In this document: positions 1-9,555 of the stretch, piece after piece
Numbering within the stretch: the first letter of the stretch is position 1
How the letters are laid out: every line of letters starts with the position of its first letter
Origin: Planctomycetota bacterium
GTDB taxonomy: Bacteria; Planctomycetota; Phycisphaerae; WQYP01
Direction: 5' to 3'
Assembly (NCBI GenBank): GCA_021851715.1
Contig: JAJZCR010000003.1
Location: forward strand, 6,667 to 70,666
Length of the DNA stretch: 64,000 nucleotides
The notes under the pieces: generated by a model
The model's input: only the letters and a program-made list of their open reading frames with translations
Told to the model about the DNA's origin: nothing
Database searches by the model: none
Position numbers and translations under genes: made by a program

Positions 1-582
1 GCACAGCAGATGATTCTTAGCCGCCAGCTTCTTGACAAAATTGCTGTAACGGATGAGCACGTCATTGTAGCTTCCTGGCCGATGGTGCGGATTGATTGGA
101 TACCCTTTCCGCTGGGCATAATTATCCCACGGAGAAGGGGCAATAAGCACAATTTTTACCCCCGGCAGATGGGCCTGCAGCGATTGAATAATGTGCCGGT
201 AGCCGTTTTTGTAGATCATGAAAATATGCTCATTCAACGGTCTGTAGCTAGCATCATTCATGCCCAGCATAATGGTGACCACGTTGGGTTTGAAAGGAAA
301 TACGTCGCGCTTCAATCGTAAATTAATCCCGCCGGCCCAACCACCCGTAACCCGATCGCCGCCCACGCCGGAATCCACAAACCGTACGTGCAGGTTGGGA
401 AACCGCGTGCGAATAAAGGTTTGTACCGCCACCGGGTAATATCGCTGCTCGGTAATGCTGTCTCCGTAAAACACCACGCGATCACCGGATTGAATGAAAA
501 AATCTTTCGCCTGTGCTGCATTCCCGCTGTTCCAAAGCGTTAAAAGCAATGCACACGTTGCCAGCCAAAGCATCGATTTCAT
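1..582 (-). CDS. Secreted SGNH/GDSL hydrolase (5' part; runs off the left edge)
   Basis: Manual translation from ATG 582: MKSMLWLATCALLL...DRVVFYGDSITEQRYY...DSGVGGD...IMLGMNDAS. Open to base 1. Absent from the ORF track because there is no stop in the window. Close paralogue of 33594..35021. Confidence 0.85.
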   Translation of the reverse strand, partial: MKSMLWLATCALLLTLWNSGNAAQAKDFFIQSGDRVVFYGDSITEQRYYPVAVQTFIRTRFPNLHVRFVDSGVGGDRVTGGWAGGINLRLKRDVFPFKPNVVTIMLGMNDASYRPLNEHIFMIYKNGYRHIIQSLQAHLPGVKIVLIAPSPWDNYAQRKGYPINPHHRPGSYNDVLIRYSNFVKKLAAKNHLLC

Positions 583-701
583 AGTCACATTTCCCCAATA
601 CAGGTCGGTCCGTCCGCCGGTCACGCAAATTGACCATCCACTTGCGGACAACCCGCAGATCATCATCGCTGCTCTTCCGCTGCCGGTCAACACCGTGGAG
701 C

Positions 702-1559
702 TTATTTCCGGGTGCGTGGCGCGGCTGCGGGTGGTGACTGCATGCGGCGGCGAAAAGCCTGCGGGCTTAGACCGGTATGCCGCTTAAAACGCAGACTGAA
801 ATAAAAAGGACTGGGAAAGCCCGCTGCCGCCGCCACCTGTTTAATGGAATGTTGGCTCATCATCAGCATCTGGCGGGCGTGGCCCATGCGATGCTGTTCG
901 ATAAATTGGCGCGGCGAGATGCCGGTCTGGGCTTTGAATAAATGGGCAAAGCGCGATTCGGACAACAGGGCTGTCCGGGCCAGTGTGGCAATGGGTGTTG
1001 GCCGCGACATGTCCGCAAAGAGCAGGTCCATGGCCGCCCGAATGCGCTCATCCATGCGGTTGTTCTGGGCATCGGGGTGGAGTTCATCCAGTTGCAGCAG
1101 TATTTCCTCCAGGGCATTCATGGCGAAAGCCTGGCCCCTGCGATGGGTGCCAATCGCCAGGGTATGCATCCGTTGGAACGCACCTGCATGATGCCTTCGC
1201 CGCGACGGGTCGGCCACGGAAATTCGCATCAGCCCCGGCCATACCCGCGGCCAATCCAGCAGGTCCATCCAGTGCGAACGCGGCTGAAAATGCGCCCAGA
1301 GCAACTCCCACCGTCCGATGGCGGGGTCAGTCTGGTAATGGTGGTAGGCCCGGGGTGAAAATACAATCGCATCACCCGGGCCGGTACGAAGCTCTTGCTG
1401 TGCGTAACGCAGCAGACCGCCACCGCCCACCGTATAAATAAGCAGCCAATCGGGCGTGCCGCCCGGTCGATAGCACCGATAGCCCAACGTTTCCTTAAAA
1501 TGGCCGGTGAAAATATTGCTGACAAGAACCGTCGAATTGTGCGGCACAGCCTGGCTCAT
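702..1559 (-). CDS. AraC-family transcriptional regulator
   Basis: N-terminal AraC-type ligand-binding region (RPGGTPDWLLIYTVGGGG) and C-terminal double HTH (LSESRFAHLFKAQTGISP...GFPSPFYFSLRFKRHTGLSP). Confidence 0.92.
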   Translation of the reverse strand: MSQAVPHNSTVLVSNIFTGHFKETLGYRCYRPGGTPDWLLIYTVGGGGLLRYAQQELRTGPGDAIVFSPRAYHHYQTDPAIGRWELLWAHFQPRSHWMDLLDWPRVWPGLMRISVADPSRRRHHAGAFQRMHTLAIGTHRRGQAFAMNALEEILLQLDELHPDAQNNRMDERIRAAMDLLFADMSRPTPIATLARTALLSESRFAHLFKAQTGISPRQFIEQHRMGHARQMLMMSQHSIKQVAAAAGFPSPFYFSLRFKRHTGLSPQAFRRRMQSPPAAAPRTRK

Positions 1560-1694
1560 AGCAGAATATTATATCATATTAGCAACTTTTTGTTCTTGTT
1601 TGTCCATACCGCCGGTGCTAATATCCTCTATGAATGTTGGATTTATTGGCTATGCCATGATTTAACCATGCTGGGCGTAATAGGAGAAAAGTAT

Positions 1695-2516
1695 ATGGTG
1701 TATGCGGTCCAATCCGTCTCGCCCCTGAGCTGTTTTCAGGAGCAGGGGTATTTTCTGGCCCGCGGGCTGATATCACCCGCGGAGGCGGAGAACATCCGTG
1801 ATACGTTTATGGCCCTGGCCGCCAACGGCCCGATTCCGGGGATCTCCGATATTCTTGCCGGTGCCCAACCGGGCGATCCGCTGGCGTTTTATCCGCGGAT
1901 GATGAATCCGCATCGGCATCCGGAATATCCGGTGGGGCCGCTGGCTTTGCGTTACCTGCTGGATGACCGGATTCTGGCCTTGCTGCGGGCTTTGGTCGGA
2001 TCAGATGTGTGGGCGGCGCAAAGCATGTTTTACTTCAAGCCGCCCGGATCCCGCGGCCAGGCGTTGCATCAGGATAATTTTTATCTGAAAGTGAAACCGG
2101 GCACATGCCTGGCGGCGTGGATGGCCATTGACGATTGCGATCGCGAAAACGGTGCCATGGAAGTGGTGCCGGGCAGTCATCATCTGCCGACAATTTGTCC
2201 GGAAGTGGCGGATGCGGCGCATTCATTCACCACGAATCTCGTGCGCCCACCGGAAAATATGTATCCGGTGATGCCGGTGATGCGGGCCGGCGACGTGCTG
2301 TTTTTTAACGGCCAGTTGATTCATGGCTCCACGCCGAATGTCAGTTCCTCCCGGTTTCGCCGGGCTTTGATATTTCATTACATGCCGGCCGGCAGCGAGG
2401 AAATTGCCGGCTGGTACGATACGCTGGATTCCAGGGGGCAACGGGTGACGAGTGTGAAGGTGTCGACCGATGGCGGCCCGTGCGGCACGCCGTTTGAAGC
2501 CACCGCGCCGCACTGA
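1695..2516 (+). CDS. Phytanoyl-CoA dioxygenase (PhyH)-family Fe(II)/2-oxoglutarate dioxygenase
   Basis: HQD motif (LHQDNFY), distal His (LIHGSTPN) and RRALIFHY. AGGAG Shine-Dalgarno precedes ATG 1695. Divergent from the AraC gene. Confidence 0.88.
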   Translation: MVYAVQSVSPLSCFQEQGYFLARGLISPAEAENIRDTFMALAANGPIPGISDILAGAQPGDPLAFYPRMMNPHRHPEYPVGPLALRYLLDDRILALLRALVGSDVWAAQSMFYFKPPGSRGQALHQDNFYLKVKPGTCLAAWMAIDDCDRENGAMEVVPGSHHLPTICPEVADAAHSFTTNLVRPPENMYPVMPVMRAGDVLFFNGQLIHGSTPNVSSSRFRRALIFHYMPAGSEEIAGWYDTLDSRGQRVTSVKVSTDGGPCGTPFEATAPH

Positions 2517-2577
2517 CCAGTGCGATGGTGCCGGTGAGAGGCTGGTGTTTCCCCGCACCACGCCAGAGGGCAGCGGC

Positions 2578-3615
2578 TTAATTGTGATCCGGCTTTTTGG
2601 GCTTGAAAAGCGTAACCATCACGTGCAATAACTTGCGTATGGGCGGTGCGATAAAGGTTTTGCTGATGTGGGGAATTTCCGGACGGACTTTCACCTTGTG
2701 TCCATGCAGGGTGATGACCACCGTCTGGCTTTTGGCGGCAATGGATTTATTGCGATCAAAGCGCAGATGAATAAGGGTCTTTTGGGCGGTGGCGGAGATG
2801 GTGATTTTCTCAGCCTGGTATGGATAAGCTCGCAATATGTGTCTGAGCACGGGGTCCATCTGGGAATACCCGGTGGCGGTCAGCATGCTCCCCAGCACGG
2901 GAATCCGATACATCCGCAGCGTTCCGGGTTTGGTGCTGGTGGCGGTGATGGTGCCGGTGATGGCTCCGGAAAAGTGAATGTTAAGGGCGGCGGCGAAGTC
3001 GGCCGGTCCCATGATGTCAAAGTTCTGCGGCGCAAAATGAGCCAGGAGTGCCGCCTGGTTGATGTTGGTGCCGGCGCAGGTGATGCGCAAAGTGGCATTT
3101 GCCAGGGAAAGCGTTGCGTTGCCGGCCATGGTGCCGCCCAGGGCATGGAATTGAAAATGACGAAGATTCACGCGACCATTGATAAAATTCCAATGCATGA
3201 CCAGGGCTGAGGCATGCAGCCACGCATAGCCAAGGGAGGTAATGCGGGTGATGCCCTGGCGGGCGTTCATGGCCAGTACACCGTTCGCATGCCGGGAGGC
3301 ATCTACGCGGGCAGTGGTGCGAACATGTTGCAGCGAAAGCTGCTGTGGCCCGTGATCCGGGAATTTTACGCCATCCGCTCCCAGCCGCACCGTGCCATGA
3401 CACGATTGCAGCGTCTTGTTGGCCAGCCAATGGATTTTCCCGGTAAAGGCCGCATAGCCATTGCGGATACGGACATTTTTTTTCAGCAGGTGGCGCATCG
3501 TGGCGCTCAGGGCGGCGGCCCGTATGGAATATGTCGGCTGTGCGGCCAGGGCGGCAATGATGACGATGCCGGCCAGGTTTTTAATGCTGCGATGGTGTTG
3601 CCAGGAGCGATCCAT
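2578..3615 (-). CDS. Hypothetical membrane-anchored or exported beta-rich protein (possibly AsmA/YdbH-like)
   Basis: 345-aa ORF with an N-terminal hydrophobic segment and repeated amphipathic beta-strand pattern. Last gene of the kinase-fabF run. Family is a guess. Confidence 0.5.
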   Translation of the reverse strand: MDRSWQHHRSIKNLAGIVIIAALAAQPTYSIRAAALSATMRHLLKKNVRIRNGYAAFTGKIHWLANKTLQSCHGTVRLGADGVKFPDHGPQQLSLQHVRTTARVDASRHANGVLAMNARQGITRITSLGYAWLHASALVMHWNFINGRVNLRHFQFHALGGTMAGNATLSLANATLRITCAGTNINQAALLAHFAPQNFDIMGPADFAAALNIHFSGAITGTITATSTKPGTLRMYRIPVLGSMLTATGYSQMDPVLRHILRAYPYQAEKITISATAQKTLIHLRFDRNKSIAAKSQTVVITLHGHKVKVRPEIPHISKTFIAPPIRKLLHVMVTLFKPKKPDHN

Positions 3616-3667
3616 ACCGGGGGGTTATGATAGCCGCTTTTTTTCGCGGAGTCAGCTTGAGGGCGGC

Positions 3668-4915
3668 TTAGTCTTTCAGCACCCGCACCACCAGGGCGGA
3701 ATTTTTGCTGCCAAAAGCGATGCAGTTGCACAAGGCTAGCGTGGCATCGGTGGGGCGGGCATGCGTGGGGACGTAATCCAAATCACATTCCGGGGCCGGG
3801 TCGATCAGGTTGAGGGTGGGCGCGATGAAGCCCTGCCGCAGCGACAGAATCGTGGCGGCAAGGCCCGCGGCACCGCACGCGCCCTGCGGATGGCCGATCA
3901 TGGATTTGGTGCTGCTCATTGGAATGTTGCCGGCGTGCCGGCCGAAGCATTTGTGAATGGCCATGGTTTCCAGCCGGTCATTGAGCACGGTGCCGGTGCC
4001 ATGAAGATTGACGTATTGAATCTGCTGCGGCGAAACGCCGGCGTCGGTCATCGCCAGTTGCATAGCCCGCGCCGATTGGGCGGCATCGGGCGCAGGCTGC
4101 ACGCGGTGAAAGGCATCGCACGTGCTGGCCCAGCCCAGCACTTCGGCCAGGATGCGGGCACCGCGGGCGCGGGCATGGCGGTAATCTTCCAGCACAAACA
4201 TCCACGCCCCTTCTGCAAGAACAAAGCCCTGGCGGTCTCGCGAAAAGGGGCGGCTGGCCCGTTGTATCGGATCCACGGGGCCGGCCAGCACGCGCATAAG
4301 TTCAAAGCCGCCGATGATGGCGGGCGTTATGGGAGCATCCGCTCCGCCGGCCAGCATCATCGGCGTGTTCTGCCGCTGGATATGCCACAGGGCGTATCCG
4401 ATGGCGTCGGTGCTCGAAGCGCATCCATTGCTGATGACATGGGAGGGTCCGTGCAGGCCCAGGGCGATGGAAATTTCACTGGAGGCTCCGCCGCCGGTGG
4501 CAGCGGAAACGCCAAAAGGTGAAATTTTGCCTTCGTCGGTAAAAAAGGCGCGGTATTGGCTTTCCATGAATTCCGCCGCACCACCGCCGGACCCCAGGAT
4601 CACGCCGATATTTCCGGCCAGGTCGCTCTCTGGAGGAACCGCCACATCCGCCATGGCCATTGCTTCACGGGCCGCGGACAGGGCCATGGGCACAATGCGC
4701 GGCACCCGGCGCAAATCACGGGCGTCCATGATGTCGGGCGGGTGGAAGGTCTTCAGTGCGCCACCAAATCGCGTTTGGATCGGGGCCTTGGCGAGGCTGG
4801 GGATCCAGTCAATTCCGCTGATGCCATGCTCAAGGGCACTGGTAAAAGCGGCCGCCCCGAGACCGTTGGGTGAAACCACGCCAATTCCGGTGACAACAAC
4901 GCGCTGTGAGCTCAT
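3668..4915 (-). CDS. fabF: Beta-ketoacyl-ACP synthase (FabF/KAS II family)
   Basis: RVVVTGIG start, catalytic Cys (SNGCASS), His motifs (NLHGTGT, KSMIGHPQGA). C-terminal NCIAFGSKN deviates from the canonical NSFGFGG. Likely start ATG 4915. Confidence 0.8.
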   Translation of the reverse strand: MSSQRVVVTGIGVVSPNGLGAAAFTSALEHGISGIDWIPSLAKAPIQTRFGGALKTFHPPDIMDARDLRRVPRIVPMALSAAREAMAMADVAVPPESDLAGNIGVILGSGGGAAEFMESQYRAFFTDEGKISPFGVSAATGGGASSEISIALGLHGPSHVISNGCASSTDAIGYALWHIQRQNTPMMLAGGADAPITPAIIGGFELMRVLAGPVDPIQRASRPFSRDRQGFVLAEGAWMFVLEDYRHARARGARILAEVLGWASTCDAFHRVQPAPDAAQSARAMQLAMTDAGVSPQQIQYVNLHGTGTVLNDRLETMAIHKCFGRHAGNIPMSSTKSMIGHPQGACGAAGLAATILSLRQGFIAPTLNLIDPAPECDLDYVPTHARPTDATLALCNCIAFGSKNSALVVRVLKD

Positions 4916-4944
4916 GAAAAGTCCGCCAGAAGGTTTGTGCCACA

Positions 4945-5784
4945 TCAGCCATGGGTATTCGCCCGCGATTTGTAGCGTGCTAAAAATCGCCGTCGGCAAT
5001 GAATTATAGGCTGGGCGAAAACGCGATGTACGCGGATATACCAGCTTTGATGGTTGGCGCGGGCAAAATCGTCGGCATGACAGATTTCCGGGGCCAGGCG
5101 GGTTTTATGTTTGTAATAATGATAGCGGTCTTCGGCTTGGAGCCGCTTGAGAATGGCGCGCGCCAGAAAATTGTCATCCTGATTTTTGCGACAGTTGAAG
5201 GAAATTTGAAAATCTATGAGCCACGGATGGTGGTCGTCGCCATACAGTATATTTTCGCGCTTATTGGAATCCACGTAGGCGACATGCCGGGCGTGAATCG
5301 CAGCAAAAAGGTCTTGCAACTCACGGAAAAAATCCGCATTGGGGTGGCAATCAGGGGATAAATCGCGGCCCGGAACAAAGGCGTGGATGTACCCGTTGGT
5401 GCCCAGCGTGCCCAAAAATTCCGGAATGCCGGCAATGCCCTGCAGCTTGCGCAAGATGCGGATTTCATGGCCGGCCACCATGGCCCCCAGCCAGCGCATG
5501 GGAAGCCCCCACAGCGGAAAACTGCGTTGAATTTTCAGCACGGCCCAGTCAGCGGTGGGGGCTTCGTCCGGGGGCGGTGCGGCGGCAGAGTCCGCTTGTG
5601 CCGATGAAACAACCGGGCGATAAAGGCCGGTGGCCGCATAAAAATCATGTTTGAACAGCTTGTGGAAGCGGTAGCGTCGGCCGCGGAGTTCAAATTCCGC
5701 CGGCATCGAATGGTACCCCAGGGCAAAAAGCCACGCCGGAGGCTTTTGGAGTGAGCGGGAAGTGGCATTTGGAAGCTTGGTCAT
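4945..5784 (-). CDS. Atypical protein-kinase-like protein (RIO/Kdo-kinase-like fold)
   Basis: VLKIQ Lys motif, HEIRIL Glu, catalytic-loop-like DSNKRENIL and LIDFQ (DFG equivalent). Confidence 0.6.
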   Translation of the reverse strand: MTKLPNATSRSLQKPPAWLFALGYHSMPAEFELRGRRYRFHKLFKHDFYAATGLYRPVVSSAQADSAAAPPPDEAPTADWAVLKIQRSFPLWGLPMRWLGAMVAGHEIRILRKLQGIAGIPEFLGTLGTNGYIHAFVPGRDLSPDCHPNADFFRELQDLFAAIHARHVAYVDSNKRENILYGDDHHPWLIDFQISFNCRKNQDDNFLARAILKRLQAEDRYHYYKHKTRLAPEICHADDFARANHQSWYIRVHRVFAQPIIHCRRRFLARYKSRANTHG

Positions 5785-5945
5785 CTTGACCGATAAGTAT
5801 ATACCAGATGGGGCGTGTTGGGCAGCTTCACGGCCGGTGGGCGGTTGGTTTTATCGCCTCAGGGAAAAGAACTGATTATAATGATCAGATGGAACAAGGG
5901 TCTGGCGGGAGGGATGGTTATTTTGAACATGAGAGGATAGGTACG

Positions 5946-6206
5946 ATGGCAAAAAAAGAAGACAAACCAATGACCTTCGAGGATGCCATGGGGCAACTGG
6001 AAAAGATTGTCGAACAGATTGCCGGCGGCAAAATTGGCCTGGAGGAAACGATGGACCGTTACGAACATGGCATGGAACTGGTTAAAAAATGCCGCAGCAT
6101 TCTGGAGCGTGCGGAACAGCGGATACAAGTATTGTCGGAATCTGGCGGGGGGGGGCAGGTGGTCGCGTTGGAACCATCCCAGGATGGCCGCGTTGAACAA
6201 TCATGA
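5946..6206 (+). CDS. xseB: Exodeoxyribonuclease VII small subunit
   Basis: MTFEDAMGQLEKIVEQI...IGLEETMDRYEHGMELVKKCRSILERAEQRI. GAGG Shine-Dalgarno upstream of ATG 5946. Confidence 0.93.
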   Translation: MAKKEDKPMTFEDAMGQLEKIVEQIAGGKIGLEETMDRYEHGMELVKKCRSILERAEQRIQVLSESGGGGQVVALEPSQDGRVEQS

Positions 6207-6263
6207 GGCGCGGGTTGTTGGCTGGCCCGGCGATCCGGCAGGTTTAACGAAAGGTGCTATCTC

Positions 6264-7595
6264 ATGGCGGAGAGTTCCGGTGCGCAATTAGGAAATGTAG
6301 AGGTTGATGCGGGGCAGATTTCGGAGCCGGGGGCCTCCAACTGGCGGCGTTTGGGCGGCATCGGCGATGGTCATTCGGGGGAGGAGACATTTACCAGGGG
6401 TTTGCTCTATCTGGTGTCGCTGGTGGTGGTGCTGGCGACGGTGTCCGGCACGATTATTTTTTATCGCGACGCGATCCTGGCGAAAATGGCGCACGGCGCG
6501 GCGTTGCAAGTGGCGTTTTTGGGCGGGCTTGTGGGAGTGGTGCTGGCCGCGGTTTTACTGGCGCTGGCCGGCCTGCTGGGGGTGGCATTGCGGCAGGCGC
6601 GGGCGCTGCGGGCAATACACAATTCGCTGGACCGGTTGCGTGGGCGCGTGGATGAAGCGCACCGCGATCTGGCCGGGCGGGTGGCACTGCTGGATGAATC
6701 GCTGCGCAATGCCTCCGCGTTCTCCGGCGGTGAGCGGACGGAGATATCCGGAGCCGCGGCGAATGCGGCCGGCGGGGATCAACTGGATTCGGCGGCGGGG
6801 CGGCAGTTGGTGGACTTGCTGGTGCAGCTGCGGGAGGTGGCGTTGATGAACGATCAGCAGCGCCAGGCCATGTCAGATACGTATTGGAAGAAGAAAAAGG
6901 CCCGCCTGGCCGAGACCATCAGCCATCACATTCAGCGGCGGGAATGGCGGCGCGCCGGGGATCGCATCGATGAAATGCTGGCGGTGGATTCTTCGGATCC
7001 GGTGGCGCGCGAATTCCTGCAGCGCGTTTCCGATGAAAAGCAGGCGGAAGTGGAGCAGGTGGTCCGCGATGCCAAAAACCAGTTGGGCGAATGGATCAGC
7101 ATTGGTGAATGGGATAAGGTCCGCGAGTTGCTGCACCGCCTGTCGGAGCATTATGCGGATGAACCGGCGGTGGCCGCCCTGGTGGATCAGGTGCGCAAAG
7201 AGGAGCATGCCGCCCGAATTGACGAATTGCACAGTTTGTTTGCCGCGCTCAAGGAGGCCACGGAACATCGTCAATGGCAACGGGCCTGGATTTGCGCCCG
7301 GCAGTTGATTCAGCGTTACCCGGATGAAAAACTGGTGGAACAGATCCGGGCCAATCTGCCGACGCTGGAGCAAAACGCCCGCATTCAGGAGTGCAAGGAG
7401 GATGAGGCCATGTTTCAGGACTTGCTGCATCGGCAGCGCTATGAAGAAGCACTGGAAGTGGCCAACCGCATGGTCGAAAAATTTCCGGATTCACCCGCGG
7501 CCGTGGAACTGACCCACCGCATGATCCCCAAGGTGCGGGAACTGGCGCGGCAGGACCGCTTGAAGCGGCAACAGGCCGCCGGGAAAGTTACCTGA
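6264..7595 (+). CDS. Hypothetical inner-membrane protein, two TM helices plus helical/TPR-like C-terminal region
   Basis: Two hydrophobic segments near the N-terminus followed by coiled-coil and repeated helical units (W..A...l..l...yP). Confidence 0.7.
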   Translation: MAESSGAQLGNVEVDAGQISEPGASNWRRLGGIGDGHSGEETFTRGLLYLVSLVVVLATVSGTIIFYRDAILAKMAHGAALQVAFLGGLVGVVLAAVLLALAGLLGVALRQARALRAIHNSLDRLRGRVDEAHRDLAGRVALLDESLRNASAFSGGERTEISGAAANAAGGDQLDSAAGRQLVDLLVQLREVALMNDQQRQAMSDTYWKKKKARLAETISHHIQRREWRRAGDRIDEMLAVDSSDPVAREFLQRVSDEKQAEVEQVVRDAKNQLGEWISIGEWDKVRELLHRLSEHYADEPAVAALVDQVRKEEHAARIDELHSLFAALKEATEHRQWQRAWICARQLIQRYPDEKLVEQIRANLPTLEQNARIQECKEDEAMFQDLLHRQRYEEALEVANRMVEKFPDSPAAVELTHRMIPKVRELARQDRLKRQQAAGKVT

Positions 7596-7657
7596 AACGC
7601 TGCTGATGCCACGGATCCGGGTTTCCGGGCATGACCCGCATGATCGGCATAACCTTT

Positions 7658-8581
7658 TTATTCCGGACGATCTTTGTTGCCGGGTCGTAACAGGGCGCTG
7701 ATGCCGGGTTTGAATACCACCTTGCCCTCCACCACCACGAGTTCTTCATTGAGAAAAAATGTGACAGCCTTGGCCAGCGTCTGGGCTTCCAGTTCCAATC
7801 CGCGGGTGCGCACCTCGGCGGCGGTATCTTGACCGATATTAATGTGAAATACGTCCTGCAGAATAATGGGGCCTTGGTCCAGCGCTTCGGTGACAAAATG
7901 GGCCGTGCATCCGGTAACGCGCACTCCGCTTTCAAACGCCTGGCGGTAGGGGTTGGCACCTGGAAAATGCGGCAGCAGCGACGGGTGGATATTGATAATT
8001 TTCCAACGGTAGGCCTGCACAATTTCCGTCGGCAGAATCTGCATGTACCGGGCCAGCACAATCAGATCGGGCTCCAGGGATTTCAGGGTGTGCGCCAGCC
8101 AGGTCAAATGCTGGGCCTTGGCCTCAGCGGTTGTGCCGCTGGCTTTCCAGTGAAAGGGCACGCCCGCCACTTTAGCCAGTGGTTCGAGCGTGGGGTGGTT
8201 GGCCAGGACAGCCACGAATTGGCCGTTCAAATCCTGTTTTGCCGCCACCGTCAGAAGGGTCTCAAGGCAATGGGGTTCCCTGCTTACCAGCACCACCACA
8301 CGCCGCGGCCGGCGAAGCTGTTGCAGGGTAACCCGCACCTCCATGGAAAGCTCCTGCCCCAGATGCAGCAGGCCCGTGATCAGTTGATCCAGCGATTCGG
8401 TCATCTCCCGGATATCCACCAGCATATTCATCACGAATACACCGCTGAGGACGCGCTGTTCGGTGTCTTCTATATTGATGCCGCGCTCGGCGACAAACGT
8501 GGCAAAGCGGGCTACCACGCCCTTCTGGTCCCGGCCCTGCACGGAAATCAGGGCCATTACTTTGACGGCGTTTTCTGGCAT
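7658..8581 (-). CDS. purU: Formyltetrahydrofolate deformylase
   Basis: N-terminal ACT domain (GRDQKGVVA) and formyltransferase motifs LARYMQIL, INIHPSLLPHFPGANPY, GCTAHFVTEALDQGPII. Confidence 0.92.
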   Translation of the reverse strand: MPENAVKVMALISVQGRDQKGVVARFATFVAERGINIEDTEQRVLSGVFVMNMLVDIREMTESLDQLITGLLHLGQELSMEVRVTLQQLRRPRRVVVLVSREPHCLETLLTVAAKQDLNGQFVAVLANHPTLEPLAKVAGVPFHWKASGTTAEAKAQHLTWLAHTLKSLEPDLIVLARYMQILPTEIVQAYRWKIINIHPSLLPHFPGANPYRQAFESGVRVTGCTAHFVTEALDQGPIILQDVFHINIGQDTAAEVRTRGLELEAQTLAKAVTFFLNEELVVVEGKVVFKPGISALLRPGNKDRPE

Positions 8582-8598
8582 GCATACATCCTTATAGT

Positions 8599-9555
8599 TT
8601 ACAGGTTTCGGTGGTTCGACCGGCTTTTGGGCGGGGCGGCAATGACCCGTGTGGCGGGCAGGTGAATTCCCAGCAGCGCGGGGACATCACGTTCCACTAT
8701 GGCCCCCAGTATTTCCCGCGGTATCACCGGAAGATTGGTGCCTTTGGCCAGGAAGTTCAGATTGTAGAGAGTGCTGACGGCTGTTGCCGCATCGGAAAAT
8801 GGAAAGTCGCTGCCAAAACAGATTTTTTCGTCAATCTGGTGCTGGCACGCACGTACCAGGGAATCATAGGCAATCCATGGCTTCTGCAGCAGTGCCGAGA
8901 TGTCGGTATACACATTGGGATGTTTGGCCAGCAAAATAAAAGTTTCATCAATCCATGGATAACCCATGTCCGCGATAAGGATTTTCAAATTCGGAAAATT
9001 GCGGGCCACTTCATCCAGCAGGATCGGGCGGCCATAGTCCAGCTTGATGCGCGGCGATAAATACACCCCGTGATCAAAAATAATGGGGAGCTTCAGTTCC
9101 GCGGCCGCCTCATACACTTCCATGGCCCGCGTGTCACACGGATGAAAGTCCTGCGCCGCAGGGCACAGCGTAATGCCCTTGAGGCTGCTTTCCGTCGTGA
9201 TCTGCCGGACCTGCCGGCAGGCATCCTCCGCGGTGGGGTCTATCCCGGCAAAGCCGATCATCTGGTCCGCGTGTTCGCCGCAGTAATCCGCGATGAAACT
9301 GTTGGGAATATCGGCACCCAGGTAACGGCTGCAAAACCCCAGCACGAAACATCGCCCTGCAGGTTCGCTGAGAATATGGTGGCTGGCCGTGTCCGCTTTG
9401 GGCAACAGCCGGATGCGATCCCGCCCAAACACCATGGGCCGGGCCAGGTCCGGCAGCGCACCTGGCCCGAGTTGCTCCGGGCTTTGCCAGATGTGGCTGT
9501 GGCAATCAACAATCATAGGCCAGGTTCCTTTACGTGTATCAGCGGCCGCGGTCAT
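8599..9555 (-). CDS. Amidohydrolase-family protein (Amidohydro_2 type)
   Basis: IVDCHSH metal motif, GFAGIDP, LPIIFDHG, FGSDFPF. Confidence 0.85.
   Translation of the reverse strand: MTAAADTRKGTWPMIVDCHSHIWQSPEQLGPGALPDLARPMVFGRDRIRLLPKADTASHHILSEPAGRCFVLGFCSRYLGADIPNSFIADYCGEHADQMIGFAGIDPTAEDACRQVRQITTESSLKGITLCPAAQDFHPCDTRAMEVYEAAAELKLPIIFDHGVYLSPRIKLDYGRPILLDEVARNFPNLKILIADMGYPWIDETFILLAKHPNVYTDISALLQKPWIAYDSLVRACQHQIDEKICFGSDFPFSDAATAVSTLYNLNFLAKGTNLPVIPREILGAIVERDVPALLGIHLPATRVIAAPPKSRSNHRNL

Noticed and set aside
1-200. Possible frameshift in the left-edge SGNH gene
   Set aside because: Re-reading shows a continuous frame to base 1; the ORF track omits it only because no stop lies in the window.
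1636-1652. araI-like site TAGC-N7-TCCA between the AraC and PhyH genes
   Set aside because: Only a single partial match with no partner at 21 bp; too weak to call.
6147-6155. G9 homopolymer as a phase-variation site
   Set aside because: It lies in the non-conserved C-terminal tail of xseB, so slippage would have little effect.
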